A stretch of DNA of 64,000 nucleotides, taken from Aquificota bacterium (GTDB lineage Bacteria; Thermosulfidibacterota; Thermosulfidibacteria; Thermosulfidibacterales; B14-G1). Within the stretch, counting starts at the first letter, position 1. The number at the start of each line of letters is the position of its first letter. The translations under genes were made by a program, and so were the position numbers. The notes beneath the pieces are model-generated. The model worked only from the letters and a program-made list of their open reading frames with translations. It did no database searches and was not told where the DNA came from. Positions 1-11,490 of the stretch are shown here, piece by piece. Where the stretch lies: contig WFSL01000036.1 of the NCBI GenBank assembly GCA_015486015.1, forward strand, positions 30,934 to 94,933, written 5' to 3'.

Positions 1-1
1 T

Positions 2-745
2 TCTGAAGGGATACCAGAAAAGGGAAAGGTGCTAACCAGGACGTCCAACAAGTGGTTCAGCATGATCACCCATATCCCCAACCACATCATCTCTACCCAC
101 CCCGAAAGGGAACTGCCATTCTTATCCAGATACCCAGAGACTGAAGAGAGGGCTGTGCTGGTGAAGAGGCTCAGGAGATTAGATATAGAGTGTGTGGCCA
201 GGGGATACCTATTTGGTAGCGCATGGAAAGAGTATCTGGAGAAGTGTGAGGTGTGTGGGGTGAAGTTACCCCCGGGAATGCGTCAGGCAGAGCGCCTCCC
301 GAGACCTATCTTTACCCCTGCCACAAAAGCATCCAGTGGACACGACGAGAACGTGCCCTTTGAGGAGTGCATCCGGATCCTGGGCGACAGGGAGATTGCG
401 AGGATAGTCAAGGAGACCACACTAGAGATCTACACATGGGCCCATAACCTCCTATGGGAAAGAGGGATCATCCTATCAGACACAAAGTTTGAGTTCGGTG
501 TTGATAGAGAAGGCCAGGTCTATCTCATTGACGAGGTGCTTACCCCCGACTCCAGCCGCTTCTGGTCCAGAGAAACCTATCAGGTGGGCATTAGCCCACC
601 CAACTATGATAAACAGTTTATCAGGGACTACTTAGAAACCTTGAATTGGGATAAGAAACCACCTCCTCCCCCCCTTCCCAAGGAGATCATTGAAAAGACC
701 ATCGCCAGGTACAAGGAGATAGAGAGAATCATCCTATCCCTTTGA
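2..745 (+). CDS. purC: Phosphoribosylaminoimidazole-succinocarboxamide (SAICAR) synthase, 5'-truncated by window edge
   Basis: The frame is open from nt 2 (SEGIPEKGKVLTRTSNKWF...). Translation carries SAICAR synthase-like stretches (DTKFEFG, LIDEVLTPDSSRFW, YDKQFIRDYL). The N-terminus lies outside the window. Confidence 0.9.
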   Translation, partial: SEGIPEKGKVLTRTSNKWFSMITHIPNHIISTHPERELPFLSRYPETEERAVLVKRLRRLDIECVARGYLFGSAWKEYLEKCEVCGVKLPPGMRQAERLPRPIFTPATKASSGHDENVPFEECIRILGDREIARIVKETTLEIYTWAHNLLWERGIILSDTKFEFGVDREGQVYLIDEVLTPDSSRFWSRETYQVGISPPNYDKQFIRDYLETLNWDKKPPPPPLPKEIIEKTIARYKEIERIILSL

Positions 746-758
746 GGAAATCTAAGGG

Positions 759-863
759 CTACAGTCTTCTTTTGAAGAACCTCAGGGCGAACCAGAGGAG
801 CACAGCGATAACGTTTACCCAGGCGATCACCTTTATCAGCAATAGCCCTTTACCGTTGCTCAT
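759..863 (-). CDS. Unannotated 34-aa single-TM micro-protein, translationally coupled to the upstream membrane protein
   Basis: Below the 60-aa ORF-track cutoff. The minus-strand ATG (863-861) overlaps the upstream TGA (862-860) as ATGA, with AAGGAG 9 nt upstream. Product is MSNGKGLLLIKVIAWVNVIAVLLWFALRFFKRRL, a hydrophobic helix with a basic tail. Confidence 0.45.
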   Translation of the reverse strand: MSNGKGLLLIKVIAWVNVIAVLLWFALRFFKRRL

Positions 864-1333
864 TCTGTGTATCTCCTTAGAAACCTCGCTATCAGGAGCC
901 CTACCACAAGGCTAACAGTGGAAATCCATAGGTCGCAAAAGGATGGATCACAATAGAGCCCTTCCGCAATGTACTCGTGGTATACATTGATAAATAATCC
1001 AGTGATAAAGGTGATTCCTGTGCTTATCCCCACCAAGGGCAACAGAAGGCCATACAGCCCAAAAGGACCCCCATGACCCAAGAGGTTTGTGGCAGCGCTA
1101 TTGCCATCACACGTAAAGAAGCTACCAGGACTGGATATGGGTCTTGGCGGCTTCACCCAAAATACAGGGAAGTGTGAAAGATTCTCCTCCACCCTTTCCA
1201 CCCCCCAATGGGGTCCATGTGGGAAATAGTCCGAAGGATACCCCTTGAGGGCCTGTGGATCCGTAAGGAGGGATAAGACAGGATCCACTACCACAAACAA
1301 GAGCAACAGCAAAAACAGCAGGGGTATCCTCAA
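860..1333 (-). CDS. Hypothetical membrane/secreted protein (about 157 aa)
   Basis: The track ORF 860-1489 overlaps the LOG gene. An in-frame TTG at 1333-1331 overlaps the LOG stop (TTGA) and follows GAGGGGG. The product starts with a hydrophobic leader (RIPLLFLLLLLFVVV) and has C-terminal TM segments. No family was recognised. Confidence 0.5.
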   Translation of the reverse strand: MRIPLLFLLLLLFVVVDPVLSLLTDPQALKGYPSDYFPHGPHWGVERVEENLSHFPVFWVKPPRPISSPGSFFTCDGNSAATNLLGHGGPFGLYGLLLPLVGISTGITFITGLFINVYHEYIAEGLYCDPSFCDLWISTVSLVVGLLIARFLRRYTE

Positions 1334-2007
1334 AACACAAACCCCCTCTGATGCTGATCGTACCAGGAGATGATCCGCTTTACCACCATCTCTGGGCAAT
1401 CCTCCACCTGGAAGATATCCATATCCTCTCGGCCGATATAGCCCCTTTCCAACACCTCCCTCGCTACCCACTGGATCAAACCTTCCCAATACTTTGAACC
1501 CATAAGGATCACAGGGAAGGTGTGTATCTTGTTGGTCTGGATGAGGAGGATAGTCTCAAAGAACTCATCCAAGGTACCCAATCCCCCTGGAAGGAGGACA
1601 AAAGCCGTGGCGTAGCGGACCAGCATCACCTTGCGCACGAAGAAGTAGTGGAAGTTAAGGGTAAGAGTGGTGTAGGGGTTAGGCTTTTGTTCATGTGGTA
1701 ACTCTATGTTGAGCCCCACAGATCTGCCCCCCACCTCTAAGGCTCCCCTATTGGCCGCCTCCATGACTCCAGGCCCTCCACCTGTAAAGACAGAGAAACC
1801 CTCTTTGGCGAGTTCCCTCCCCACCCTTCTCGCCAAATCGTATACTTCATCTCCCTCCTTTACCCGCGCAGATCCAAAAACCGTTACAGCAGGTAGGAAA
1901 GTAGGTAGTGCATCAAAGCCCTCCACGAAATCCCTTATAATCCTGAAGATCCTCCAGGCCTCTTCGTTACACGGCAAATTGAGTTCAAAAGTGTCACCCT
2001 TTTCCAT
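1330..2007 (-). CDS. LOG family protein (TIGR00730 Rossmann fold; cytokinin riboside 5'-monophosphate phosphoribohydrolase-like)
   Basis: 225 aa containing VFGSAR, TGGGPGVMEA and the PGGLGTLDE motif typical of the LOG/lysine-decarboxylase-like family. Confidence 0.85.
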   Translation of the reverse strand: MEKGDTFELNLPCNEEAWRIFRIIRDFVEGFDALPTFLPAVTVFGSARVKEGDEVYDLARRVGRELAKEGFSVFTGGGPGVMEAANRGALEVGGRSVGLNIELPHEQKPNPYTTLTLNFHYFFVRKVMLVRYATAFVLLPGGLGTLDEFFETILLIQTNKIHTFPVILMGSKYWEGLIQWVAREVLERGYIGREDMDIFQVEDCPEMVVKRIISWYDQHQRGFVF

Positions 2008-2136
2008 GATCCCTCAATTACCAGAACAGGGCGAAACTTTAAACAGCAAAGTCACCTACTGGCCTTAACCATTCACATGTGCTACCTGAGGCACAAGGAG
2101 AAAATCCCAGAGGAGGCAACGGAACTATCGAGATGA

Positions 2137-3908
<1,772 letters not shown>

Positions 3909-3993
3909 AAGCTGAGAGGTCTTTCTATGTCGCTTACTTCAATAGGGACTTAGCTACTTGGGGCATTTTTACATTGCGCCATCCTCCATTTCC

Positions 3994-4392
3994 CTATTTC
4001 TCCTGGCACAATTCCAACAGTATCCCACCTGTAGATTTGGGATGAAGGAAGGCAATAAGGGTACCATGGGCACCCACCCGAGGTCTCTCATCTATCAGTT
4101 TTACACCTTTAGTCTTGAGCTTCTCTAACACAGCCTCTACATCCTCTACTCCTAAAGCTACATGATGTACCCCTTCCCCCCTCTTCTCAATAAACCTGGC
4201 CACAGGGGAATCAGGAGCAGTAGGCTCCAAGAGCTCCATCCTGGCATCACCCACAGGGATAAAGGCTACCCTCACCTTTTGGTCCTCTACCACCTCCTCA
4301 CTCTCCACCTCCAAGCCAAGGTTTCTGAAGATCTCCTTGGCACGTTCCATGTCCTTCACCGCAATGCCAATGTGATCCACCTTCCTATACAT
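3994..4392 (-). CDS. mce: Methylmalonyl-CoA epimerase (VOC/glyoxalase family)
   Basis: 132 aa with [16 protein letters not shown] and GEGVHHVAL, a pattern typical of methylmalonyl-CoA epimerases. Confidence 0.8.
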   Translation of the reverse strand: MYRKVDHIGIAVKDMERAKEIFRNLGLEVESEEVVEDQKVRVAFIPVGDARMELLEPTAPDSPVARFIEKRGEGVHHVALGVEDVEAVLEKLKTKGVKLIDERPRVGAHGTLIAFLHPKSTGGILLELCQEK

Positions 4393-4561
4393 CTACACCC
4401 CTCCCCATCTAAACACCCAAGTAGAAACTGACGCCCCAGTTCAGGCGACTTCGCCTACCAGAGCTCTACATCTTTACAATACTCAATAAGGAATTGACAA
4501 CAAGGTTTTTAAAAGTTATTCGTATTAACACCTGTTACTGAATAAACAATAGGGGAAGAAG

Positions 4562-5008
4562 ATGAAAACAAGAGAGGAGACTATTCAAAAACTGAGGAGC
4601 AAGGGCCTAAAGATCACTCCTCAAAGAATCGCTATCATAGATGTATTAGAAGGAAGTACCTCTCATCCCTCAGTAGATGAAATCTACCAGATGCTCTCTG
4701 ACAGGTATCCCACCATCTCCTACGCCACTATTTACAAGACTTTAGAGACCCTATGCGAAGCAGGAGAGGTCCGGGAGATCAACATTGATCCCCACAAAAA
4801 GAGATATGATCCCTTCACCCACCCCCATCATCATTTTCGTTGCCTGGTTTGTGGCAAAATAGAAGACATATCACCCGAAGAAATACCTTTCCCTGAGATG
4901 CCCAAAAAGATCAAGGAAAAGTACGAGATCACAGATGTCACTTTGTATATCTATGGCATCTGCCCCTCTTGTAAAAAACAGCAGCATCAACACCAAACAG
5001 ACCCTTAG
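4562..5008 (+). CDS. Fur family transcriptional regulator (Fur/PerR/Zur-type)
   Basis: 148 aa. LKITPQRIAIIDVL marks a winged helix, followed by HHHFRC..C and C-terminal CPSC metal sites. Confidence 0.85.
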   Translation: MKTREETIQKLRSKGLKITPQRIAIIDVLEGSTSHPSVDEIYQMLSDRYPTISYATIYKTLETLCEAGEVREINIDPHKKRYDPFTHPHHHFRCLVCGKIEDISPEEIPFPEMPKKIKEKYEITDVTLYIYGICPSCKKQQHQHQTDP

Positions 5009-5175
5009 GATAATCTTAACCGAGCAAGCTTTACAGCTTCAAACCAAGGGCGAAGGCCCAATGGAAGGGAATAGTAAACAGAGTTCTCAGCACAAGTGGA
5101 AGGTCTTTAGCGCCTTTGAAGATACCTAAGGTCATATGCATTGCCTTTTTCCTTGCGCTATGGCAATGGGATGAC

Positions 5176-6174
5176 ATGCTATTGAAACGGATTATTCGTT
5201 CCTTCACAGGCAAGAAGGTGTTGGTGCTTGGAGATTTAGTGGCAGATCAGTATATTCTTGGATACACATCACGCGTCTCCAGGGAAGCACCAGTCCTCAT
5301 CCTACGCTACGACTCTGAGAAAGTGCTCCTGGGAGGTGGTGCCAATGCATTATACAATATCCACACCTTGGGAGGTACCCCTTTACCCGTAGGCGTGGTG
5401 GGCGATGACCAGATGGGCCAGAAGCTCCTTGAGACCTTAAAGGAAAAGGGAATAGAAACCTGGGGGGTAGTGACAGTCCCAGGGTGGAGAACGGTAACCA
5501 AGACGCGCATCCTCGCAGGGGGACACCACACAGTGAAACAACAGGTAGTAAGGATAGACAGGGAGCCAGCAGGACCACTCCCTCCTGAGGCATCACGCGA
5601 AATTGAAGAGCGACTCCAAGAGATGGCTAAGGAGTCAGAGGCCATCATGGTCTCTGATTATGGTTATGGCGTAGTGAGTCCCAGAATAATAAGGCTACTC
5701 CCAACGTGGATGGAGAGGTGCCCGGTGAGCGTAGACTCTCGGCATAGGGTACTGGACTTTAAAGGGTTAACCGCCGCTACCCCCAACGAGCCTGAGACAG
5801 CCATGGCCCTGGGTGTACCCCAAATAGAAAATGGTAACGTCGAATGGGCAGGGAAACGCCTCTTGGAGCTCACAGGGAACAAGGCCATTCTTGTCACCAG
5901 GGGTAAAAAGGGAATGGCACTTTTCCTGAATACGGGTGAGATATACCACATCCCCATCTTTGGTACAGACGAGGTAGCAGACGTTACAGGGGCTGGGGAT
6001 ACAGTCATAGCCACCTTTTCCTTGGCGCTGGCTGCAGGGGCAGGTTTCTTAGAGGCAGCCCGCCTGGCCAACTATGCAGGGGGCATCGTGGTGATGAAGA
6101 GCGGTACTGCCACCGTCTCCCAAAGGGAACTTATAGAAGCAGTGGAAGAACAGTATGAGAACGGCCAGAAGTAA
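5176..6174 (+). CDS. D-glycero-beta-D-manno-heptose-7-phosphate kinase (RfaE domain I-like, PfkB family)
   Basis: PfkB ribokinase-like protein ([21 protein letters not shown]). The start was chosen at the internal ATG 5176 because the track ORF begins at 5116 with an implausible leader. Confidence 0.75.
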   Translation: MLLKRIIRSFTGKKVLVLGDLVADQYILGYTSRVSREAPVLILRYDSEKVLLGGGANALYNIHTLGGTPLPVGVVGDDQMGQKLLETLKEKGIETWGVVTVPGWRTVTKTRILAGGHHTVKQQVVRIDREPAGPLPPEASREIEERLQEMAKESEAIMVSDYGYGVVSPRIIRLLPTWMERCPVSVDSRHRVLDFKGLTAATPNEPETAMALGVPQIENGNVEWAGKRLLELTGNKAILVTRGKKGMALFLNTGEIYHIPIFGTDEVADVTGAGDTVIATFSLALAAGAGFLEAARLANYAGGIVVMKSGTATVSQRELIEAVEEQYENGQK

Positions 6175-6637
6175 GATAAGGACCATCGAAGAACTGGAAA
6201 AAATTATCAGCAGAGAAAAGGCAAGGGGCAAAGAGGTGGTGATGGCCAATGGATGTTTCGATCTCATCCATGTGGGACACGTCCGGTACTTAGAGGCAGC
6301 AAAGAGAGAAGGGGATCTCCTGGTGGTGGCGGTCAATTCCGATGAATCTGTGAGGCTCATCAAGGGCCCTTCAAGACCACTTATACCGCAGGAAGAGCGA
6401 ATCGAATTGGTAGCCGCCGTGGAGGCTGTGGATTATGCCTTTCTGTTCGACGACCCCACACTGGACCGCGTGCTATTACGGCTCCAGCCCAATGTCCATG
6501 CCAAGGGGACAGATTACACAGCTGAAACGGTACCCGAAAGGGAGACTGTCCTGTCTTACGGAGGCCGGGTGGCCATATGTGGCGATCCTAAGAACCACTC
6601 CTCCACAGAGTTCTTGAAACGCCTGGCCCTCTTTTGA
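6155..6637 (+). CDS. D-glycero-beta-D-manno-heptose-1-phosphate adenylyltransferase (RfaE domain II-like cytidylyltransferase)
   Basis: 160 aa with [15 protein letters not shown], a cytidylyltransferase HxGH motif. It overlaps the preceding kinase gene by 20 nt. Confidence 0.8.
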   Translation: MRTARSKIRTIEELEKIISREKARGKEVVMANGCFDLIHVGHVRYLEAAKREGDLLVVAVNSDESVRLIKGPSRPLIPQEERIELVAAVEAVDYAFLFDDPTLDRVLLRLQPNVHAKGTDYTAETVPERETVLSYGGRVAICGDPKNHSSTEFLKRLALF

Positions 6638-6833
6638 GTAAGGAATCTTACCCCCAAGGTGAGCAAAACCTCTTTGAAGGATCTCGGCAGCAGATTAGCA
6701 AGTAATCAGGTATACCCCCTGAAGAACAATTCGCGGTATCCACCGTCAGGACCCAAGTGAGATGGCGGGTGACTGGCCATCGGAGGTTAACGGCTTGAAA
6801 AAGACCCATAGAAAGACAAATGAGGGCCACAAA

Positions 6834-7367
6834 ATGAGGGTAAAATCGTCAGTGAAGCCCAAAGGTTTCACCGCACCCTTTAAATCGCTCTTAGCCCTGG
6901 AAGGCACCCCCCAAGCAAAGGCTAAGGCCTTTGCCATAGGTGTATTTATAGCCTTCACCCCCACTTATGGACTCCACACAGCCACAGCGATCTTGGCATC
7001 TTGGATTTTTGGGCTTCCGTTCTCTATCATTCTCCTGGGATCACTCGTAAACAACCCTTGGACTTTCTTCCCCATCTACGGTGCATCTTACATAATAGGA
7101 GAGCTAATACTCTCCATCTTTCCACAGTGCTACTCCCCTACCCCATTTTGTATCCTGGCACACCGTCTTAAGTCCCTCAGCTGGAGGGAGTGGTTCTCCC
7201 AGGCCCCCCTCCTCATCCTAAAAGAGGGTATCCCCTTAATTGTAGGCTCCCTATTCTTAGGTGTAATCCTGGCCCTGCTCACATATGTTGTTGTATTAAG
7301 AATGCTAAAGTTCAGAGAAATTGAGCAGGAGGGGTCTCATGAGCAACATACCAAAGAGCCTGATTGA
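6834..7367 (+). CDS. DUF2062-like membrane protein
   Basis: Contains GTPQAKAKAFAIGVFIAFTPTYGLH followed by several TM segments. The start is taken at ATG 6834, after GAGGG. Confidence 0.6.
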   Translation: MRVKSSVKPKGFTAPFKSLLALEGTPQAKAKAFAIGVFIAFTPTYGLHTATAILASWIFGLPFSIILLGSLVNNPWTFFPIYGASYIIGELILSIFPQCYSPTPFCILAHRLKSLSWREWFSQAPLLILKEGIPLIVGSLFLGVILALLTYVVVLRMLKFREIEQEGSHEQHTKEPD

Positions 7368-8085
7368 GGCCATCCGTCAAGCGGAAAGGGTCACGGTTCT
7401 CACAGGGGCAGGTGTCTCTGCAGAGAGTGGAGTACCCACATTCCGGGGGAAAGAGGGACTGTGGAAGAAGTACAGCCCCCAAGAACTTGCCACACCTCAG
7501 GCATTTGCCCAAGATCCAAGGCTTGTCTGGGAATGGTATGATTGGCGAAGGGGTCTCATTGCTCCCCTAAAGCCCAATGCCGCCCACAAGTTCATAGCGA
7601 CCTTAGAGGAGCGATACCCCCATTTCCTCCTCATCACCCAAAACATTGACGGCCTGCATCAGAAGGCAGGGAGTAAGAAGCTGGTGGAGCTCCACGGAAA
7701 CATATGGAAGGTAAGATGCACTAAAGAGGGTACCGTAGAAGAGGATAAAAGGGTACCTCTACCGCAAATCCCCCCCCTATGCTCCAGATGTGGAGCCCTT
7801 CTGCGCCCCCATGTGGTTTGGTTTGGAGAGCCTCTCCCCACAGATGCCCTGCACCAAGCCATGGAAGCAGCGGAAAACTGCGACCTTTTCTTGGTAGTGG
7901 GGACCTCGGCAGTGGTTTATCCTGCAGCTTCTCTCCCTCAGATAGCCCAGTCACATGGGGCCCAGGTGGTGGAAATCAACCCCGAAGAGACCCCCATCAC
8001 CCCCATAGCGCATTGGTCCTTGAGGGGAAAGGCAGGAGAGATATGTCAGAGATTGGCCCAGGCGTTGCAAGATACTCATTCCTGA
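7339..8085 (+). CDS. cobB: NAD-dependent protein deacylase (sirtuin, CobB-type)
   Basis: Contains VLTGAGVSAESGVPTFRG, TQNIDGLH and a Zn ribbon (C..C...C..C), then VVWFGE and VVGTS. AGGAGGGG precedes ATG 7339. Confidence 0.9.
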   Translation: MSNIPKSLIEAIRQAERVTVLTGAGVSAESGVPTFRGKEGLWKKYSPQELATPQAFAQDPRLVWEWYDWRRGLIAPLKPNAAHKFIATLEERYPHFLLITQNIDGLHQKAGSKKLVELHGNIWKVRCTKEGTVEEDKRVPLPQIPPLCSRCGALLRPHVVWFGEPLPTDALHQAMEAAENCDLFLVVGTSAVVYPAASLPQIAQSHGAQVVEINPEETPITPIAHWSLRGKAGEICQRLAQALQDTHS

Positions 8086-8114
8086 TTCAAGCGGTTCTTA
8101 GCAACCCCGTCTAA

Positions 8115-9290
8115 TCATGCCCCAGAGAATCGATCCCTCACCCTTCTCATGGCCCAGGCCAGAGGCGGTGTAACTACCTCCCCCCATGTAGAGAGAAGGT
8201 CCATACGTCCCCCTCTGTATAGGAAGAGATAATGATGGAGACAAAGCTCAGGATCCTGTAACACCGTGAGAAATAGCAAGGCACCCGTTGCCTGGCAGTA
8301 AAAACACTCCTCCACCTTGAAGTATCCACCCCAGGGCAGGGGGAATCCCCATGGGGAAAAGCCCTCCCACAGCTCCCGAACGGGAAGCCCTGGCACATCC
8401 ATGGAACAAGAAAGCAATACCTCAGGATCCCTACATCCCTTGGGCTCTTTCACCTTCCTATACGCCATGCAATAGATATCAAGACCTTGAGCCTTCCATT
8501 TTCTAAGGTATTTGGTGTTCAGCTCCAGGGGGAAAGGCACCTCCAAAAAACAGGAGGACCCCCTAAATAGGGTCTCTATTTGAGATGCGTACTCACTATG
8601 ATCAGTAGCAAGCACTACTTCGCCTTCCATCTTTATTGCACAGGCTGCCGCTTCTATGAAACCAGACTGGATCATCCTCCTGCTCGGTTTTTTAGGCCAG
8701 GGATATGGAAAAAGCACAAACAGCGCACTAATAGAGGAGGGGGAGAACAGCCACCGGAGAGCCCATGCACCCGGGGCCTTAAGTAGAACGTACGCCCCCC
8801 TATCTGAAAGCCGCCTAAGGGTCTTTTTTATGGCCCAATTAGATATCTCTACCCCCACCACCCTCCTATAGGAGTCCACAACACCTTCCAAAAACTCCCC
8901 ATTCCCGAACCCCAACTCCACTATAAGGGGCCCTTCATGTCCCAACAGACCCACCACACCTCCTCGCTCCACCCAGGTCCTGGGGGTAACATAATGATAA
9001 AGAAGGGGCTGCTGAACTCTCTCCCCTGACAGCACGGCGTTGACCACCTCACCACCTATATCGTGAGACAGGGAGAGAAGAATGGCGCTAATGTCCCCCT
9101 GATTCAGGTAGTGGCTCCCCCTCTCAACCTTTATCAGGAGAAGCTCACCCTCTGGGACCAAGGAAACGGGATAAAGGAGACCCCCCTCTTTCTTTAAGAA
9201 GAGGGCCCCTTTCCTTCCCATATACATAGACCTCGCTGGAAGGGAAACCAAGGCCTCTTTAAAGGGCTTGCGCAGCGTGATATGAGGCAT
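8115..9290 (-). CDS. trmB: tRNA (guanine-N7)-methyltransferase-like protein with N- and C-terminal extra domains
   Basis: The central roughly 170 aa (ELGFGNGEFL ... LFPYPWPKK ... ATDHSEYA) looks like a TrmB core. It is flanked by about 110 aa at each end that I could not assign. Confidence 0.65.
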   Translation of the reverse strand: MPHITLRKPFKEALVSLPARSMYMGRKGALFLKKEGGLLYPVSLVPEGELLLIKVERGSHYLNQGDISAILLSLSHDIGGEVVNAVLSGERVQQPLLYHYVTPRTWVERGGVVGLLGHEGPLIVELGFGNGEFLEGVVDSYRRVVGVEISNWAIKKTLRRLSDRGAYVLLKAPGAWALRWLFSPSSISALFVLFPYPWPKKPSRRMIQSGFIEAAACAIKMEGEVVLATDHSEYASQIETLFRGSSCFLEVPFPLELNTKYLRKWKAQGLDIYCMAYRKVKEPKGCRDPEVLLSCSMDVPGLPVRELWEGFSPWGFPLPWGGYFKVEECFYCQATGALLFLTVLQDPELCLHHYLFLYRGGRMDLLSTWGEVVTPPLAWAMRRVRDRFSGA

Positions 9291-9318
9291 AAGGGTGCTT
9301 TAAGAGGGAGGTGTCAGG

Positions 9319-11490
9319 TTGTCAACACTTTTAATGAATAAGGGACAGGATAAAGAGGCCAGAAGGTGGGAGAAGGAACTGAAGAAGGGAAAGGGGGGTT
9401 GGGACCCTTACCTCTCCCTCTTGAGGTGGTATCATTCACAGGGGAAAAGAGAGAAGGAAGAAGAATTGATACGCAAGGCCCCCACTCACGCCCTAAAGGC
9501 AGTCATGGAGGCACTCAGGCTACATCTGCAAGGGGAAGAGGAAAAGGTTGCCAGTCTAATCGAGGGTATAGAGACAAGAGATAAAAAGGAGGCCTCCTGG
9601 CTTTCCCTACTCAAAGGCCTAAGGGGAAACTCTGCTGCCCTACAGGAGTCCCTCCGACTTTACCCCCAGCACCCCTGGGCAAGGGAGATAAAGATCCTTA
9701 TAGGGCACCATCTCTTGCGAGGGGGAAAGGAGGAGGAAGCATTGGGTCACCTTATCTCCGTGGGCCCCGAAAAGGATCCCCAGGTATCGCTATTGGTGGG
9801 AGAAATCTACCACCGGATGGGCAATGACTTGGCAGCCAGGAGATATTTGGAAGAGGCTATGAACAAGGGACAGGGAGATACAAGGCTCAAAGCAGCCCAC
9901 ATGGTAGCCCGCTTGGCTCGCCAGAGGGAAGAGTGGGACAAAGTAGCTTCCGCTTTAAGGATAATCCTGAAGGCCACTCCAGAAGATCCCCACCACCTCA
10001 TCACAGGTGAACTGGTAGAAGCCCTTATCAAAGGTGGAAAGGTGAAGGAAGCTATCAGTATCTTGGAAGGGCTGGAGAGTGAAGAAAGCCAAGATCTTTG
10101 GATCATGTTGGCCAGCACATTAGAAAGAAAGAGAGAGTGGCAAAGGGCCTTAGATGCCTGGAAGAGGGTGAACGGGATCAAGGGGATAAAGGGCAAGGGA
10201 AGGGTCCTGCTGGCTATAGGCAAGCCTAAGGAGGCAGCGGAAGTGTTGGAAGGGTGCAAAGAAGAGGAGTGCCTTCATATCCTCGCCCAGGCACTCTGGG
10301 AAGAAGGAAGGAAAGAGGCTTCTCTTAACGTGCTGAGATCCCTGAGTGAAGTCTGGTGCAGAGAGCATCCTCAAGCTGCCCTCCTGAGGGCGCAGGGCGC
10401 CTTAGAAATGGATAGGATAGAAGAGGCTGCCCAGTGGGCCTTAAAAGCATACGAATATATAGAACAAGGAGAGAGGAAAAAGGTAAAGCCCGTCCTAAAA
10501 AAGGTGCGCGCTGCCTTGAAGGGAAGCCCAGAGGCAGACAGATGGCTTTCTCATATAGAGGAAGCATTGAAAGAGCCCCCATTCTTCAAGCGTCTCAAGG
10601 AGGGCCTCTTTAAGAGTCGACAGGGAATGACCAGGCGGATTGAAGAGGTACTGGGTATTAAGGAGGAAGTGGGCAGAGAGCAGTTAGAGAGAATAGAAGA
10701 GGTCCTCATCTCTGCTGATGTAGGGGTAAAAACCACCAGCAGGCTCATAAATGCCTTGGAGAAGAAGATGAGTAGAGGGGATGTGAGAGGCAGAGAGGGG
10801 CTTCTCACGGCCCTGAAGGAGGAGATCCTTTTGGTGCTCAAAAAGGCCCAGGGTAAGATAGAAGTGGGCCCACCCCCATGGGTGATTATGATGGTGGGGG
10901 TAAATGGCACTGGAAAGACCACCACCATTGCCAAGCTTGCAAGGAGGTTCACCAATGAGGGCAAAAAGGTCCTCTTGGCTGCCGGAGACACCTTTAGAGC
11001 AGCAGCCACAGAGCAGTTAGAGATCTGGGCCCAAAGGGTGGGGGTTCCTGTGGTGAAGCAACTTCCAGGCTCCCACCCATCCGGGGTGGTTTACGACGCT
11101 GTCCAAGCCGCGAAGGCGAGGGGGACGGACGTGGTCATCATAGATACAGCAGGGAGGCTCCATACAAAGGTAAACCTTATGGAGGAGCTGAAAAAGATGG
11201 TGAGGGTTGCCTCTAAGGAACTGCCACATGCCCCCCACGAGATCCTCCTGGTACTGGACGCAACTACAGGCCAGAACGCCCTTTCCCAGGCAAGGCTCTT
11301 TTCCCAGGCAATCCCCATCACAGGTCTTGTGCTGACCAAACTGGACGGCACAGCCAAAGGAGGTATAATTATTGGCGTGGCAGGGGAATTTTCCATCCCC
11401 ATTAAACTCATAGGTGTAGGGGAGGGAATGGATGATCTGCAGGACTTTGATGCAGAAGCCTTTGTGGAAGCGCTCTTCGATTCTTATTAG
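9319..11490 (+). CDS. ftsY: Signal recognition particle receptor FtsY with long helical-repeat N-terminal extension
   Basis: The C-terminal roughly 300 aa is a canonical NG domain (GVNGTGKTTTIAKLA, DTAGRLH, LTKLDGTAKGG). The N-terminal roughly 415 aa is Lys/Glu/Leu-rich and TPR-like. A TTG start follows GGGAGGTG. Confidence 0.9.
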   Translation: MSTLLMNKGQDKEARRWEKELKKGKGGWDPYLSLLRWYHSQGKREKEEELIRKAPTHALKAVMEALRLHLQGEEEKVASLIEGIETRDKKEASWLSLLKGLRGNSAALQESLRLYPQHPWAREIKILIGHHLLRGGKEEEALGHLISVGPEKDPQVSLLVGEIYHRMGNDLAARRYLEEAMNKGQGDTRLKAAHMVARLARQREEWDKVASALRIILKATPEDPHHLITGELVEALIKGGKVKEAISILEGLESEESQDLWIMLASTLERKREWQRALDAWKRVNGIKGIKGKGRVLLAIGKPKEAAEVLEGCKEEECLHILAQALWEEGRKEASLNVLRSLSEVWCREHPQAALLRAQGALEMDRIEEAAQWALKAYEYIEQGERKKVKPVLKKVRAALKGSPEADRWLSHIEEALKEPPFFKRLKEGLFKSRQGMTRRIEEVLGIKEEVGREQLERIEEVLISADVGVKTTSRLINALEKKMSRGDVRGREGLLTALKEEILLVLKKAQGKIEVGPPPWVIMMVGVNGTGKTTTIAKLARRFTNEGKKVLLAAGDTFRAAATEQLEIWAQRVGVPVVKQLPGSHPSGVVYDAVQAAKARGTDVVIIDTAGRLHTKVNLMEELKKMVRVASKELPHAPHEILLVLDATTGQNALSQARLFSQAIPITGLVLTKLDGTAKGGIIIGVAGEFSIPIKLIGVGEGMDDLQDFDAEAFVEALFDSY

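Noticed and set aside
4494-4522. A sigma-70 promoter or Fur box upstream of the Fur-family gene
   Set aside because: TTGACA is present at 4494-4499, but the best -10 at 17-nt spacing is TATTCG (3/6). No 19-bp Fur-box-like dyad was evident.
7339-8085. The Sir2-domain protein as a defence-system effector
   Set aside because: It has the full CobB-type sirtuin motif set, including the Zn ribbon, and is of normal size. It has no partner nuclease, TIR or helicase, and the flanking genes are housekeeping.
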